64,000 nt of DNA, taken from NCBI RefSeq assembly GCF_009914755.1, contig NC_060941.1, one strand, 5' to 3'. Below, piece by piece: positions 24,301-37,265 of the stretch (position 1 is the stretch's first letter; the number at the start of each line of letters is the position of its first letter). The translations under genes and the position numbers were made by a program. Under the pieces are notes generated by a model. The model searched no databases, was not told the DNA's origin, and worked only from the letters and a program-made list of their open reading frames with translations. This DNA comes from the human T2T-CHM13v2.0 reference genome, Homo sapiens.

Positions 24301-27300
24301 TTGAGAGCGCAGTTTTGAAACTCTCTTTCTGTGGCATCTGCAAGGGGACATGTAGACCTCTTTGAAGATTTCGTTGGAAACGGAATCATCTTCACATAAA
24401 AACTATACAGATGCATTCTCAGGAACTTTTTGGTGATGTTTGTATTCAACTCCCAGAGTTGAACTTTCCTTTGGAAAGAGCAGCTATGAAACACTCTTTT
24501 TCTACAATCTGCAAGTGGACGTTTGGAGGGCTTTGTGGTTTGTGGTGGAAAAGGAAATATCTTCACCTAAATACTAGATAGAAGCATTCTCAGAAACTAC
24601 TTTGTGATGATTGCATTCACCTCACAGAGTTGAACATTCCTATTGATAGAGCAGTTTGGAAACACTCTTGTTGTGGAATGTGCAAGTGGAGATTTGGAGC
24701 GCTTTGAGGCCTATGGTAGTAAAGGGAATAGCTTCATAGAAAAACTAGACAGAAGCATTCTCAGAAAATACTTTGTGATGATTGAGTTTAACTCACAGAG
24801 CTGAACATTCCTTTGGATGGAGCAGGTTTGAGACACACTTTTTGTAGAATCTACAAGTGGATATTTGGACCTCTCTGAGGATTTCGTTGGAAACGCGATA
24901 ACTGCACCTAACTAAACGGAAGCATTCTCAGAAACTTCTTGGTGATGTTTGCATTCAAATCCCAGAGTTGAACCTTCCTGTGATAGTTCAGGTTTGAAAC
25001 ACTCTTTTTGTAGGATCTGCAAGTGGATATTTGGACCACTCTGTGGCCTTCGTTCCAAACGGGTACATCTTCACATAAAATCTAGACAGAAGACTTCTCA
25101 GAACCTTCTCTGTGATGATTGCATTCAACTCACAGATTTGAACCCTCCTATGGATAGAACAGTGTTGAAACTCTCTTTTTGTGGAATCTGCAAGTGGATA
25201 TGTGGACCTCTCCGAAGATGTCTTTGGAAACGGGAATATCTTCACCTAAAAACTAAACAGAAGCATTCTCAGAAACTTCTCTGTGATGTTTGTGTTCAAC
25301 TCCCAGAGTTTCACATTGCTTTTCATAGAGTAGTTCTGAAACATGCTTTTCGTAGTGTCTGCAAGTGGACATTTGGAGCGCTTTCAGGCCTGTGGTGGAA
25401 AACGAATTATGGTCCCATAAAAACTGGAGAGAAGCATTGTCAGAAACTTCTTTGTGATGATTGCATTCAACTCACAGAGATGAAGGTTCCTTTACAAACA
25501 GCAGTTTCCAAACACTCTTTCTGTGGAATCTGCAAGTGGATATTTGGACCTCTTTGAAGATTTCGTTGGAAACGGGAGAATCTTCACAGAAAAGCTAAAC
25601 AGAAGCATTCTCAGAAACTTCTTTGTGATGCTTGCATTCAACTCACAGAGTTGAACTTTCCTTTCGAGAGAGAAGCTTTGAAACACTCTTTTTCCAGAAT
25701 CTGCAAGTGGACATTTGGAGGGCTTTGAGGCCTGTGGTGGAAAAGGAATTAACTTCCCGTAAAAGCTAGATAGAAGCATTCTCAGAAACTACTTTGTGAT
25801 GATTGCATTCAAGTCACAGAGTTGAACATTCCCTTTGACAGAGCAGTTTGGAAACTCTCTTTGTGTAGAATCTGCAAGTGGAGATATGGACCGCTTTGAG
25901 GCCTATGGTAGTAAAGGAAATAGCTTCATATAAAAGCTAGACAGTAGCATTCACAGAAAACTCTTGGTGACGACTGAGTTTAACTCACAGAGCTGAACAT
26001 TCCTTTGGATGGAGCAGTTTCGAAACACACTATTTGTAGAATGTGCAAGTGGATATTTGGGCCTCTCTGAGGATTTCGTTGGAAACGGGATAAACCGCAC
26101 AGAACTAAACAGAAGCATTCTCAGAACCTTCTTCGTGATGTTTGCATTCAACTCACAGTGTTGAACCTTTCTTTGATAGTTCAGGTTTGAAACGGTCTTT
26201 CTGTAGAAACTGCAAGTAGATATTTGGACCTCTCTGAGGATTTCGTTGGAAACGGGATAACCCGCACAGAACTAAAACAGAAGCATTCTCAGAACCCTCT
26301 TCGTGATGTTTGCATTCAACTCACAGTGCTGAATCTTTCTTTGATAGTTCAGCTTTGAAACACTCTTCTTGTAGAAACTGCAAGTGGATATTTGGTCCTC
26401 TCTGAGGATTTCGTTGGAAACGGGATAAACCGCACAGAACTAAACAGAAGCATTCTCAGAACCTTCTTCGTGATGTCTGCATTCAACTCACAGTGTGGAA
26501 CCTTTCTTTGATAGTTCAGGTTTGAAACACTCTTTTTGTAGAAACTGCAAGGGGATAATTGCACTTCTTTGAGGCCTACCGTAGTAAAGGAAATAACTTC
26601 CTATAGAAAGAAGACACAAGCTTTCTCAGAAAATTCTTTGGGATGATTGAGTGGAACTCACAGAGCTGAACATTCCTTGCGATGTAGCAGTTTAGAAACA
26701 CACTTTCTGCAGAATCTGCAAGTGCATATTTGGACCTCTCTGAGGAATTCGTTGGAAACGGGATAATTTCAGCTGACTAAACAGAAGCAGTCTCAGAATC
26801 TTCTTTGTGATGTTTGCATTCAAATCCCAGAGTTGAACTTTCCTTTCAAAGTTTACGTTTGAAACACTCTTTTTGCAGGATCTACAAGTGGATATTTGGA
26901 CCACTCTGTGTCCTTCGTTCGAAACGGGTATATCTTCACATGACATCTAGACAGAAGCATTCTCAGAAGCTTCTCTGTGATGACTGCATTCAACTCACGG
27001 AGTTGAACACTCCTTTTGAGAGCGCAGTTTTGAAACTCTCTTTCTGTGGCATCTGCAAGGGGACATGTAGACCTCTTTGAAGATTTCGTTGGAAACGGAA
27101 TCATCTTCACATAAAAACTATACAGATGCATTCTCAGGAACTTTTTGGTGATGTTTGTATTCAACTCCCAGAGTTGAACTTTCCTTTGGAAAGAGCAGCT
27201 ATGAAACACTCTTTTTCTACAATCTGCAAGTGGACGTTTGGAGGGCTTTGTGGTTTGTGGTGGAAAAGGAAATATCTTCACCTAAATACTAGATAGAAGC

Positions 27301-30300
27301 ATTCTCAGAAACTACTTTGTGATGATTGCATTCACCTCACAGAGTTGAACATTCCTATTGATAGAGCAGTTTGGAAACACTCTTGTTGTGGAATGTGCAA
27401 GTGGAGATTTGGAGCGCTTTGAGGCCTATGGTAGTAAAGGGAATAGCTTCATAGAAAAACTAGACAGAAGCATTCTCAGAAAATACTTTGTGATGATTGA
27501 GTTTAACTCACAGAGCTGAACATTCCTTTGGATGGAGCAGGTTTGAGACACACTTTTTGTAGAATCTACAAGTGGATATTTGGACCTCTCTGAGGATTTC
27601 GTTGGAAACGCGATAACTGCACCTAACTAAACGGAAGCATTCTCAGAAACTTCTTGGTGATGTTTGCATTCAAATCCCAGAGTTGAACCTTCCTGTGATA
27701 GTTCAGGTTTGAAACACTCTTTTTGTAGGATCTGCAAGTGGATATTTGGACCACTCTGTGGCCTTCGTTCCAAACGGGTACATCTTCACATAAAATCTAG
27801 ACAGAAGACTTCTCAGAACCTTCTCTGTGATGATTGCATTCAACTCACAGATTTGAACCCTCCTATGGATAGAACAGTGTTGAAACTCTCTTTTTGTGGA
27901 ATCTGCAAGTGGATATGTGGACCTCTCTGAAGATGTCTTTGGAAACGGGAATATCTTCACCTAAAAACTAAACAGAAGCATTCTCAGAAACTTCTCTGTG
28001 ATGTTTGTGTTCAACTCCCAGAGTTTCACATTGCTTTTCATAGAGTAGTTCTGAAACATGCTTTTCGTAGTGTCTGCAAGTGGACATTTGGAGCGCTTTC
28101 AGGCCTGTGGTGGAAAACGAATTATGGTCCCATAAAAACTGGAGAGAAGCATTGTCAGAAACTTCTTTGTGATGATTGCATTCAACTCACAGAGATGAAG
28201 GTTCCTTTACAAACAGCAGTTTCCAAACACTCTTTCTGTGGAATCTGCAAGTGGATATTTGGACCTCTTTGAAGATTTCGTTGGAAACGGGAGAATCTTC
28301 ACAGAAAAGCTAAACAGAAGCATTCTCAGAAACTTCTTTGTGATGCTTGCATTCAACTCACAGAGTTGAACTTTCCTTTCGAGAGAGAAGCTTTGAAACA
28401 CTCTTTTTCCAGAATCTGCAAGTGGACATTTGGAGGGCTTTGAGGCCTGTGGTGGAAAAGGAATTAACTTCCCGTAAAAGCTAGATAGAAGCATTCTCAG
28501 AAACTACTTTGTGATGATTGCATTCAAGTCACAGAGTTGAACATTCCCTTTGACAGAGCAGTTTGGAAACTCTCTTTGTGTAGAATCTGCAAGTGGAGAT
28601 ATGGACCGCTTTGAGGCCTATGGTAGTAAAGGAAATAGCTTCATATAAAAGCTAGACAGTAGCATTCACAGAAAACTCTTGGTGACGACTGAGTTTAACT
28701 CACAGAGCTGAACATTCCTTTGGATGGAGCAGTTTCGAAACACACTATTTGTAGAATGTGCAAGTGGATATTTGGGCCTCTCTGAGGATTTCGTTGGAAA
28801 CGGGATAAACCGCACAGAACTAAACAGAAGCATTCTCAGAACCTTCTTCGTGATGTTTGCATTCAACTCACAGTGTTGAACCTTTCTTTGATAGTTCAGG
28901 TTTGAAACGGTCTTTCTGTAGAAACTGCAAGTAGATATTTGGACCTCTCTGAGGATTTCGTTGGAAACGGGATAACCCGCACAGAACTAAAACAGAAGCA
29001 TTCTCAGAACCCTCTTCGTGATGTTTGCATTCAACTCACAGTGCTGAATCTTTCTTTGATAGTTCAGCTTTGAAACACTCTTCTTGTAGAAACTGCAAGT
29101 GGATATTTGGTCCTCTCTGAGGATTTCGTTGGAAACGGGATAAACCGCACAGAACTAAACAGAAGCATTCTCAGAACCTTCTTCGTGATGTCTGCATTCA
29201 ACTCACAGTGTGGAACCTTTCTTTGATAGTTCAGGTTTGAAACACTCTTTTTGTAGAAACTGCAAGGGGATAATTGCACTTCTTTGAGGCCTACCGTAGT
29301 AAAGGAAATAACTTCCTATAGAAAGAAGACAGAAGCTTTCTCAGAAAATTCTTTGGGATGATTGAGTGGAACTCACAGAGCTGAACATTCCTTGCGATGT
29401 AGCAGTTTAGAAACACACTTTCTGCAGAATCTGCAAGTGCATATTTGGACCTCTCTGAGGAATTCGTTGGAAACGGGATAATTTCAGCTGACTAAACAGA
29501 AGCAGTCTCAGAATCTTCTTTGTGATGTTTGCATTCAAATCCCAGAGTTGAACTTTCCTTTCAAAGTTCACGTTTGAAACACTCTTTTTGCAGGATCTAC
29601 AAGTGGATATTTGGACCACTCTGTGTCCTTCGTTCGAAACGGGTATATCTTCACATGACATCTAGACAGAAGCATTCTCAGAAGCTTCTCTGTGATGACT
29701 GCATTCAACTCACGGAGTTGAACACTCCTTTTGAGAGCGCAGTTTTGAAACTCTCTTTCTGTGGCATCTGCAAGGGGACATGTAGACCTCTTTGAAGATT
29801 TCGTTGGAAACGGAATCATCTTCACATAAAAACTATACAGATGCATTCTCAGGAACTTTTTGGTGATGTTTGTATTCAACTCCCAGAGTTGAACTTTCCT
29901 TTGGAAAGAGCAGCTATGAAACACTCTTTTTCTAGAATCTGCAAGTGGACGTTTGGAGGGCTTTGTGGTTTGTGGTGGAAAAGGAAATATCTTCACCTAA
30001 ATTCTAGATAGAAGCATTCTCAGAAACTACTTTGTGATGATTGCATTCACCTCACAGAGTTGAACATTCCTATTGATAGAGCAGTTTGGAAACACTCTTG
30101 TTGTGGAATGTGCAAGTGGAGATTTGGAGCGCTTTGAGGCCTATGGTAGTAAAGGGAATAGCTTCATAGAAAAACTAGACAGAAGCATTCTCAGAAAATA
30201 CTTTGTGATGATTGAGTTTAACTCACAGAGCTGAACATTCCTTTGGATGGAGCAGGTTTGAGACACACTTTTTGTAGAATCTACAAGTGGATATTTGGAC

Positions 30301-33300
30301 CTCTCTGAGGATTTCGTTGGAAACGCGATAACTGCACCTAACTAAACGGAAGCATTCTCAGAAACTTCTTGGTGATGTTTGCATTCAAATCCCAGAGTTG
30401 AACCTTCCTGTGATAGTTCAGGTTTGAAACACTCTTTTTGTAGGATCTGCAAGTGGATATTTGGACCACTCTGTGGCCTTCGTTCCAAACGGGTACATCT
30501 TCACATAAAATCTAGACAGAAGACTTCCCAGAACCTTCTCTGTGATGATTGCATTCAACTCACAGATTTGAACCCTCCTATGGATAGAACAGTGTTGAAA
30601 CTCTCTTTTTGAGGAATCTGCAAGTGGATATGTGGACCTCTCCGAAGATGTCTTTGGAAACGGGAATATCTTCACCTAAAAACTAAACAGAAGCATTCTC
30701 AGAAACTTCTCTGTGATGTTTGTGTTCAACTCCCAGAGTTTCACATTGCTTTTCATAGAGTAGTTCTGAAACATGCTTTTCGTAGTGTCTGCAAGTGGAC
30801 ATTTGGAGCGCTTTCAGGCCTGTGGTGGAAAACGAATTATGGTCCCATAAAAACTGGAGAGAAGCATTGTCAGAAACTTCTTTGTGATGATTGCATTCAA
30901 CTCACAGAGATGAAGGTTCCTTTACAAACAGCAGTTTCCAAACACTCTTTCTGTGGAATCTGCAAGTGGATATTTGGACCTCTTTGAAGATTTCGTTGGA
31001 AACGGGAGAATCTTCACAGAAAAGCTAAACAGAAGCATTCTCAGAAACTTCTTTGTGATGCTTGCATTCAACTCACAGAGTTGAACTTTCCTTTCGAGAG
31101 AGAAGCTTTGAAACACTCTTTTTCCAGAATCTGCAAGTGGACATTTGGAGGGCTTTGAGGCCTGTGGTGGAAAAGGAATTAACTTCCCGTAAAAGCTAGA
31201 TAGAAGCATTTTCAGAAACTACTTTGTGATGATTGCATTCAAGTCACAGAGTTGAACATTCCCTTTGACAGAGCAGTTTGGAAACTCTCTTTGTGTAGAA
31301 TCTGCAAGTGGAGATATGGACCGCTTTGAGGCCTATGGTAGTAAAGGAAATAGCTTCATATAAAAGCTAGACAGTAGCATTCACAGAAAACTCTTGGTGA
31401 CGACTGAGTTTAACTCACAGAGCTGAACTTTCCTTTGGATGGAGCAGTTTCGAAACACACTATTTGTAGAATGTGCAAGTGGATATTTGGGCCTCTCTGA
31501 GGATTTCGTTGGAAACGGGATAAACCGCACAGAACTAAACAGAAGCATTCTCAGAACCTTCTTCGTGATGTTTGCATTCAACTCACAGTGTTGAACCTTT
31601 CTTTGATAGTTCAGGTTTGAAACGGTCTTTCTGTAGAAACTGCAAGTAGATATTTGGACCTCTCTGAGGATTTCGTTGGAAACGGGATAACCCGCACAGA
31701 ACTAAAACAGAAGCATTCTCAGAACCCTCTTCGTGATGTTTGCATTCAACTCACAGTGCTGAATCTTTCTTTGATAGTTCAGCTTTGAAACACTCTTCTT
31801 GTAGAAACTGCAAGTGGATATTTGGTCCTCTCTGAGGATTTCGTTGGAAACGGGATAAACCGCACAGAACTAAACAGAAGCATTCTCAGAACCTTCTTCG
31901 TGATGTCTGCATTCAACTCACAGTGTGGAACCTTTCTTTGATAGTTCAGGTTTGAAACACTCTTTTTGTAGAAACTGCAAGGGGATAATTGCACTTCTTT
32001 GAGGCCTACCGTAGTAAAGGAAATAACTTCCTATAGAAAGAAGACAGAAGCTTTCTCAGAAAATTCTTTGGGATGATTGAGTGGAACTCACAGAGCTGAA
32101 CATTCCTTGCGATGTAGCAGTTTAGAAACACACTTTCTGCAGAATCTGCAAGTGCATATTTGGACCTCTCTGAGGAATTCGTTGGAAACGGGATAATTTC
32201 AGCTGACTAAACAGAAGCAGTCTCAGAATCTTCTTTGTGATGTTTGCATTCAAATCCCAGAGTTGAACTTTCCTTTCAAAGTTCACGTTTGAAACACTCT
32301 TTTTGCAGGATCTACAAGTGGATATTTGGACCACTCTGTGTCCTTCGTTCGAAACGGGTATATCTTCACATGACATCTAGACAGAAGCATTCTCAGAAGC
32401 TTCTCTGTGATGACTGCATTCAACTACGGAGTTGAACACTCCTTTTGAGAGCGCAGTTTTGAAACTCTCTTTCTGTGGCATCTGCAAGGGGACATGTAGA
32501 CCTCTTTGAAGATTTCGTTGGAAACGGAATCATCTTCACATAAAAACTATACAGATGCATTCTCAGGAACTTTTTGGTGATGTTTGTATTCAACTCCCAG
32601 AGTTGAACTTTCCTTTGGAAAGAGCAGCTATGAAACACTCTTTTTCTAGAATCTGCAAGTGGACGTTTGGAGGGCTTTGTGGTTTGTGGTGGAAAAGGAA
32701 ATATCTTCACTTAAATACTAGATAGAAGCATTCTCAGAAACTACTTTGTGATGATTGCATTCACCTCACAGAGTTGAACATTCCTATTGATAGAGCAGTT
32801 TGGAAACACTCTTGTTGTGGAATGTGCAAGTGGAGATTTGGAGCGCTTTGAGGCCTATGGTAGTAAAGGGAATAGCTTCATAGAAAAACTAGACAGAAGC
32901 ATTCTCAGAAAATACTTTGTGATGATTGAGTTTAACTCACAGAGCTGAACATTCCTTTGGATGGAGCAGGTTTGAGACACACTTTTTGTAGAATCTACAA
33001 GTGGATATTTGGACCTCTCTGAGGATTTCGTTGGAAACGGGATAACTGCACCTAACTAAACGGAAGCATTCTCAGAAACTTCTTGGTGATGTTTGCATTC
33101 AAATCCCAGAGTTGAACCTTCCTGTGATAGTTCAGGTTTGAAACACTCTTTTTGTAGGATCTGCAAGTGGATATTTGGACCACTCTGTGGCCTTCGTTCC
33201 AAACGGGTACATCTTCACATAAAATCTAGACAGAAGACTTCTCAGAACCTTCTCTGTGATGATTGCATTCAACTCACAGATTTGAACCCTCCTATGGATA

Positions 33301-34888
33301 GAACAGTGTTGAAACTCTCTTTTTGTGGAATCTGCAAGTGGATATGTGGACCTCTCCGAAGATGTCTTTGGAAACGGGAATATCTTCACATAAAAACTAA
33401 ACAGAAGCATTCTCAGAAACTTCTCTGTGATGTTTGTGTTCAACTCCCAGAGTTTCACATTGCTTTTGATAGAGTAGTTCTGAAACATGCTTTTCGTAGT
33501 GTCTGCAAGTGGACATTTGGAGCGCTTTCAGGCCTGTGGTGGAAAACGAATTATGGTCCCATAAAAACTGGAGAGAAGCATTGTCAGAAACTTCTTTGTG
33601 ATGATTGCATTCAACTCACAGAGATGAAGGTTCCTTTACAAACAGCAGTTTCCAAACACTCTTTCTGTGGAATCTGCAAGTGGATATTTGGACCTCTTTG
33701 AAGATTTCGTTGGAAACGGGAGAATCTTCACAGAAAAGCTAAACAGAAGCATTCTCAGAAACTTCTTTGTGATGCTTGCATTCAACTCACAGAGTTGAAC
33801 TTTCCTTTCGAGAGAGAAGCTTTGAAACACTCTTTTTCCAGAATCTGCAAGTGGACATTTGGAGGGCTTTGAGGCCTGTGGTGGAAAAGGAATTAACTTC
33901 CCGTAAAAGCTAGATAGAAGCATTCTCAGAAACTACTTTGTGATGATTGCATTCAAGTCACAGAGTTGAACATTCCCTTTGACAGAGCAGTTTGGAAACT
34001 CTCTTTGTGTAGAATCTGCAAGTGGAGATATGGACCGCTTTGAGGCCTATGGTAGTAAAGGAAATAGCTTTATATAAAAGCTAGACAGTAGCATTCACAG
34101 AAAACTCTTGGTGACGACTGAGTTTAACTCACAGAGTTGAACATTCCTTTGGATGGAGCAGTTTCGAAACACACTATTTGTAGAATGTGCAAGTGGATAT
34201 TTGGGCCTCTCTGAGGATTTCGTTGGAAACGGGATAAACCGCACAGAACTAAACAGAAGCATTCTCAGAACCTTCTTCGTGATGTTTGCATTCAACTCAC
34301 AGTGTTGAACCTTTCTTTGATAGTTCAGGTTTGAAACGGTCTTTCTGTAGAAACTGCAAGTAGATATTTGGACCTCTCTGAGGATTTCGTTGGAAACGGG
34401 ATAACCCGCACAGAACTAAAACAGAAGCATTCTCAGAACCCTCTTCGTGATGTTTGCATTCAACTCACAGTGCTGAACCTTTCTTTGATAGTTCAGCTTT
34501 GAAACACTCTTCTTGTAGAAACTGCAAGTGGATATTTGGTCCTCTCTGAGGATTTCGTTGGAAACGGGATAAACCGCACAGAACTAAACAGAAGCATTCT
34601 CAGAACCTTCTTCGTGATGTCTGCATTCAACTCACAGTGTGGAACCTTTCCTTGTTAGTTCAGGTTTGAAACACTCTTTTTGTAGAAACTGCAAGGGGAT
34701 AATTGCACTTCTTTGAGGCCTACCGTAGTAAAGGAAATAACTTCCTATAGAAAGAAGACAGAAGCTTTCTCAGAAAATTCTTTGGGATGATTGAGTGGAA
34801 CTCACAGAGCTGAACATTCCTTGCGATGTAGCAGTTTAGAAACACACTTTCTGCAGAATCTGCAAGTGCATATTTGGACCTCTCTGAG

Positions 34889-37265
34889 GAATTCGTTGGA
34901 AACGGGATAATTTCAGCTGACTAAACAGAAGCAGTCTCAGAATCTTCTTTGTGATGTTTGCATTCAAATCCCAGAGTTGAACTTTCCTTTCAAAGTTCAC
35001 GTTTGAAACACTCTTTTTGCAGGATCTACAAGTGGATATTTGGACCACTCTGTGTCCTTCGTTCGAAACGGGTATATCTTCACATGACATCTAGACAGAA
35101 GCATTCTCAGAAGCTTCTCTGTGATGACTGCATTCAACTCACGGAGTTGAACACTCCTTTTGAGAGCGCAGTTTTGAAACTCTCTTTCTGTGGCATCTGC
35201 AAGGGGACATGTAGACCTCTTTGAAGATTTCGTTGGAAACGGAATCATCTTCACATAAAAACTATACAGATGCATTCTCAGGAACTTTTTGGTGATGTTT
35301 GTATTGAACTCGCAGAGTTGAACTATCCTTTGGAAAGAGCAGCTATGAAACACTCTTTTTCTAGAATCTGCAAGTGGACGTTTGGAGGGCTTTGTGGTTT
35401 GTGGTGGAAAAGGAAATATCTTCACCTAAATACTAGATAGAAGCATTCTCAGAAACTTCTTGGTGATGTTTGCATTCAAATCCCAGAGTTGAACCTTCCT
35501 TTGATAGTTCAGGTTTGAAACACTCTTTTTGTAGGATCTGCAAGTGGATATTTGGACCACTCTGTGGCCTTCGTTCGAAACGGGTACATCTTCACATAAA
35601 ATCTAGACAGAAGCCTTCTCAGAAACTTCTCTGTGATGATTGCATTCAACTCACAGAGTTGAACCCTCCTATGGATAGAGCATTGTTGAAACTCTCTTTT
35701 TGTGGAATCTGCAAGTGGATATGTGGACCTCTCCGAAGATGTCTTTGGAAACGGGAATATCTTCACATAAAAACTAAACAGAAGCATTCTCAGAAACTTC
35801 TCTGTGATGTTTGTGTTCAACTCCCAGAGTTTCACATTGCTTTTCATAGAGTAGTTCTGAAACATGCTTTTCGTAGTGTCTGCAAGTGGACATTTGGAGC
35901 GCTTTCAGGCCTGTGGTGGAAAACGAATTATGGTCCCATAAAAACTGGAGAGAAGCATTGTCAGAAACTTCTTTGTGACGATTGCATTCAACTCACAGAG
36001 ATGAAGGTTCCTTTACAAACAGCAGTTTCCAAACACTCTTTCTGTGGAATCTGCAAGTGGATATTTGGACCTCTTTGAAGATTTCGTTGGAAACGGGAGA
36101 ATCTTCACAGAAAAGCTAAACAGAAGCATTCTCAGAAACTTCTTTGTGATGCTTGCATTCAACTCACAGAGTTGAACTTTCCTTTCGAGAGAGAAGCTTT
36201 GAAACACTCTTTTTCCAGAATCTGCAAGTGGACATTTGGAGGGCTTTGAGGCCTGTGGTGGAAAAGGAATTAACTTCCCGTAAAAGCTAGATAGAAGCAT
36301 TCTCAGAAACTACTTTGTGATGATTGCATTCAAGTCACAGAGTTGAACATTCCCTTTGACAGAGCAGTTTGGAAACTCTCTTTGTGTAGAATCTGCAAGT
36401 GGAGATATGGACCGCTTTGAGGCCTATGCTAGTAAAGGAAATAGCTTCATATAAAAGCTAGACAGTAGCATTCACAGAAAACTCTTGGTGACGACTGAGT
36501 TTAACTCACAGAGCTGAACATTCCTTTGGATGGAGCAGTTTCGAAACACACTATTTGTAGAATGTGCAAGTGTATATTTGGACCTCTCTGAGGATTTCGT
36601 TGGAAACGGGATAAACCGCACAGAACTAAACAGAAGCATTCTCAGAACCTTCTTCGTGATGTTTGCATTCAACTCACAGTGCTGAACCTTTCTTTGATAG
36701 TTCAGGTTTGAAACGGTCTTTCTGTAGAAACTGCAAGTAGATATTTGGACCTCTCTGAGGATTTCGTTGGAAACGGGATAAACCGCACAGAACTAAAACA
36801 GAAGCATTCTCAGAACCCTCTTCGTGGTGTTTGCATTCAACTCACAGTGCTGAACCTCTCTTTGATAGTTCAGCTTTGAAACACTCTTCTTGTAGAAACT
36901 GCAAGTGGATATTTGGTCCTCTCTGAGGATTTCCTTGGAAAAGGGATAAACCGCACAGAACTAAACAGAAGCATTCTCAGAACCTTCTTCGTGATGTCTG
37001 CATTCAACTCACAGTGTGGAACCTTTCTTTGATAGTTCAGGTTTGAAACACTCTTTTTGTAGAAACTGCAAGGGGATATTTGCACTTCTTTGAGGCCTAC
37101 CGTAGTAAAGGAAATAACTTCCTATAGAAAGAAGACAGAAGCTTTCTCAGAAAATTCTTTGGGATGATTGAGTGGAACTCACAGAGCTGAACATTCCTTG
37201 CGATGTAGCAGTTTAGAAACACACTTTCTGCAGAATCTGCAAGTGCATATTTGGACCTCTCCGAG
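34889..37265 (+). repeat. 14-mer HOR variant, copy 1 (2377 bp; 338-bp deletion of m2+m3)
   Basis: EcoRI spacing 2377 bp; junction TACTAGATAGAAGCATTCTCAGAAACTTCTTGGTG at 35431-35465. Confidence 0.95.
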
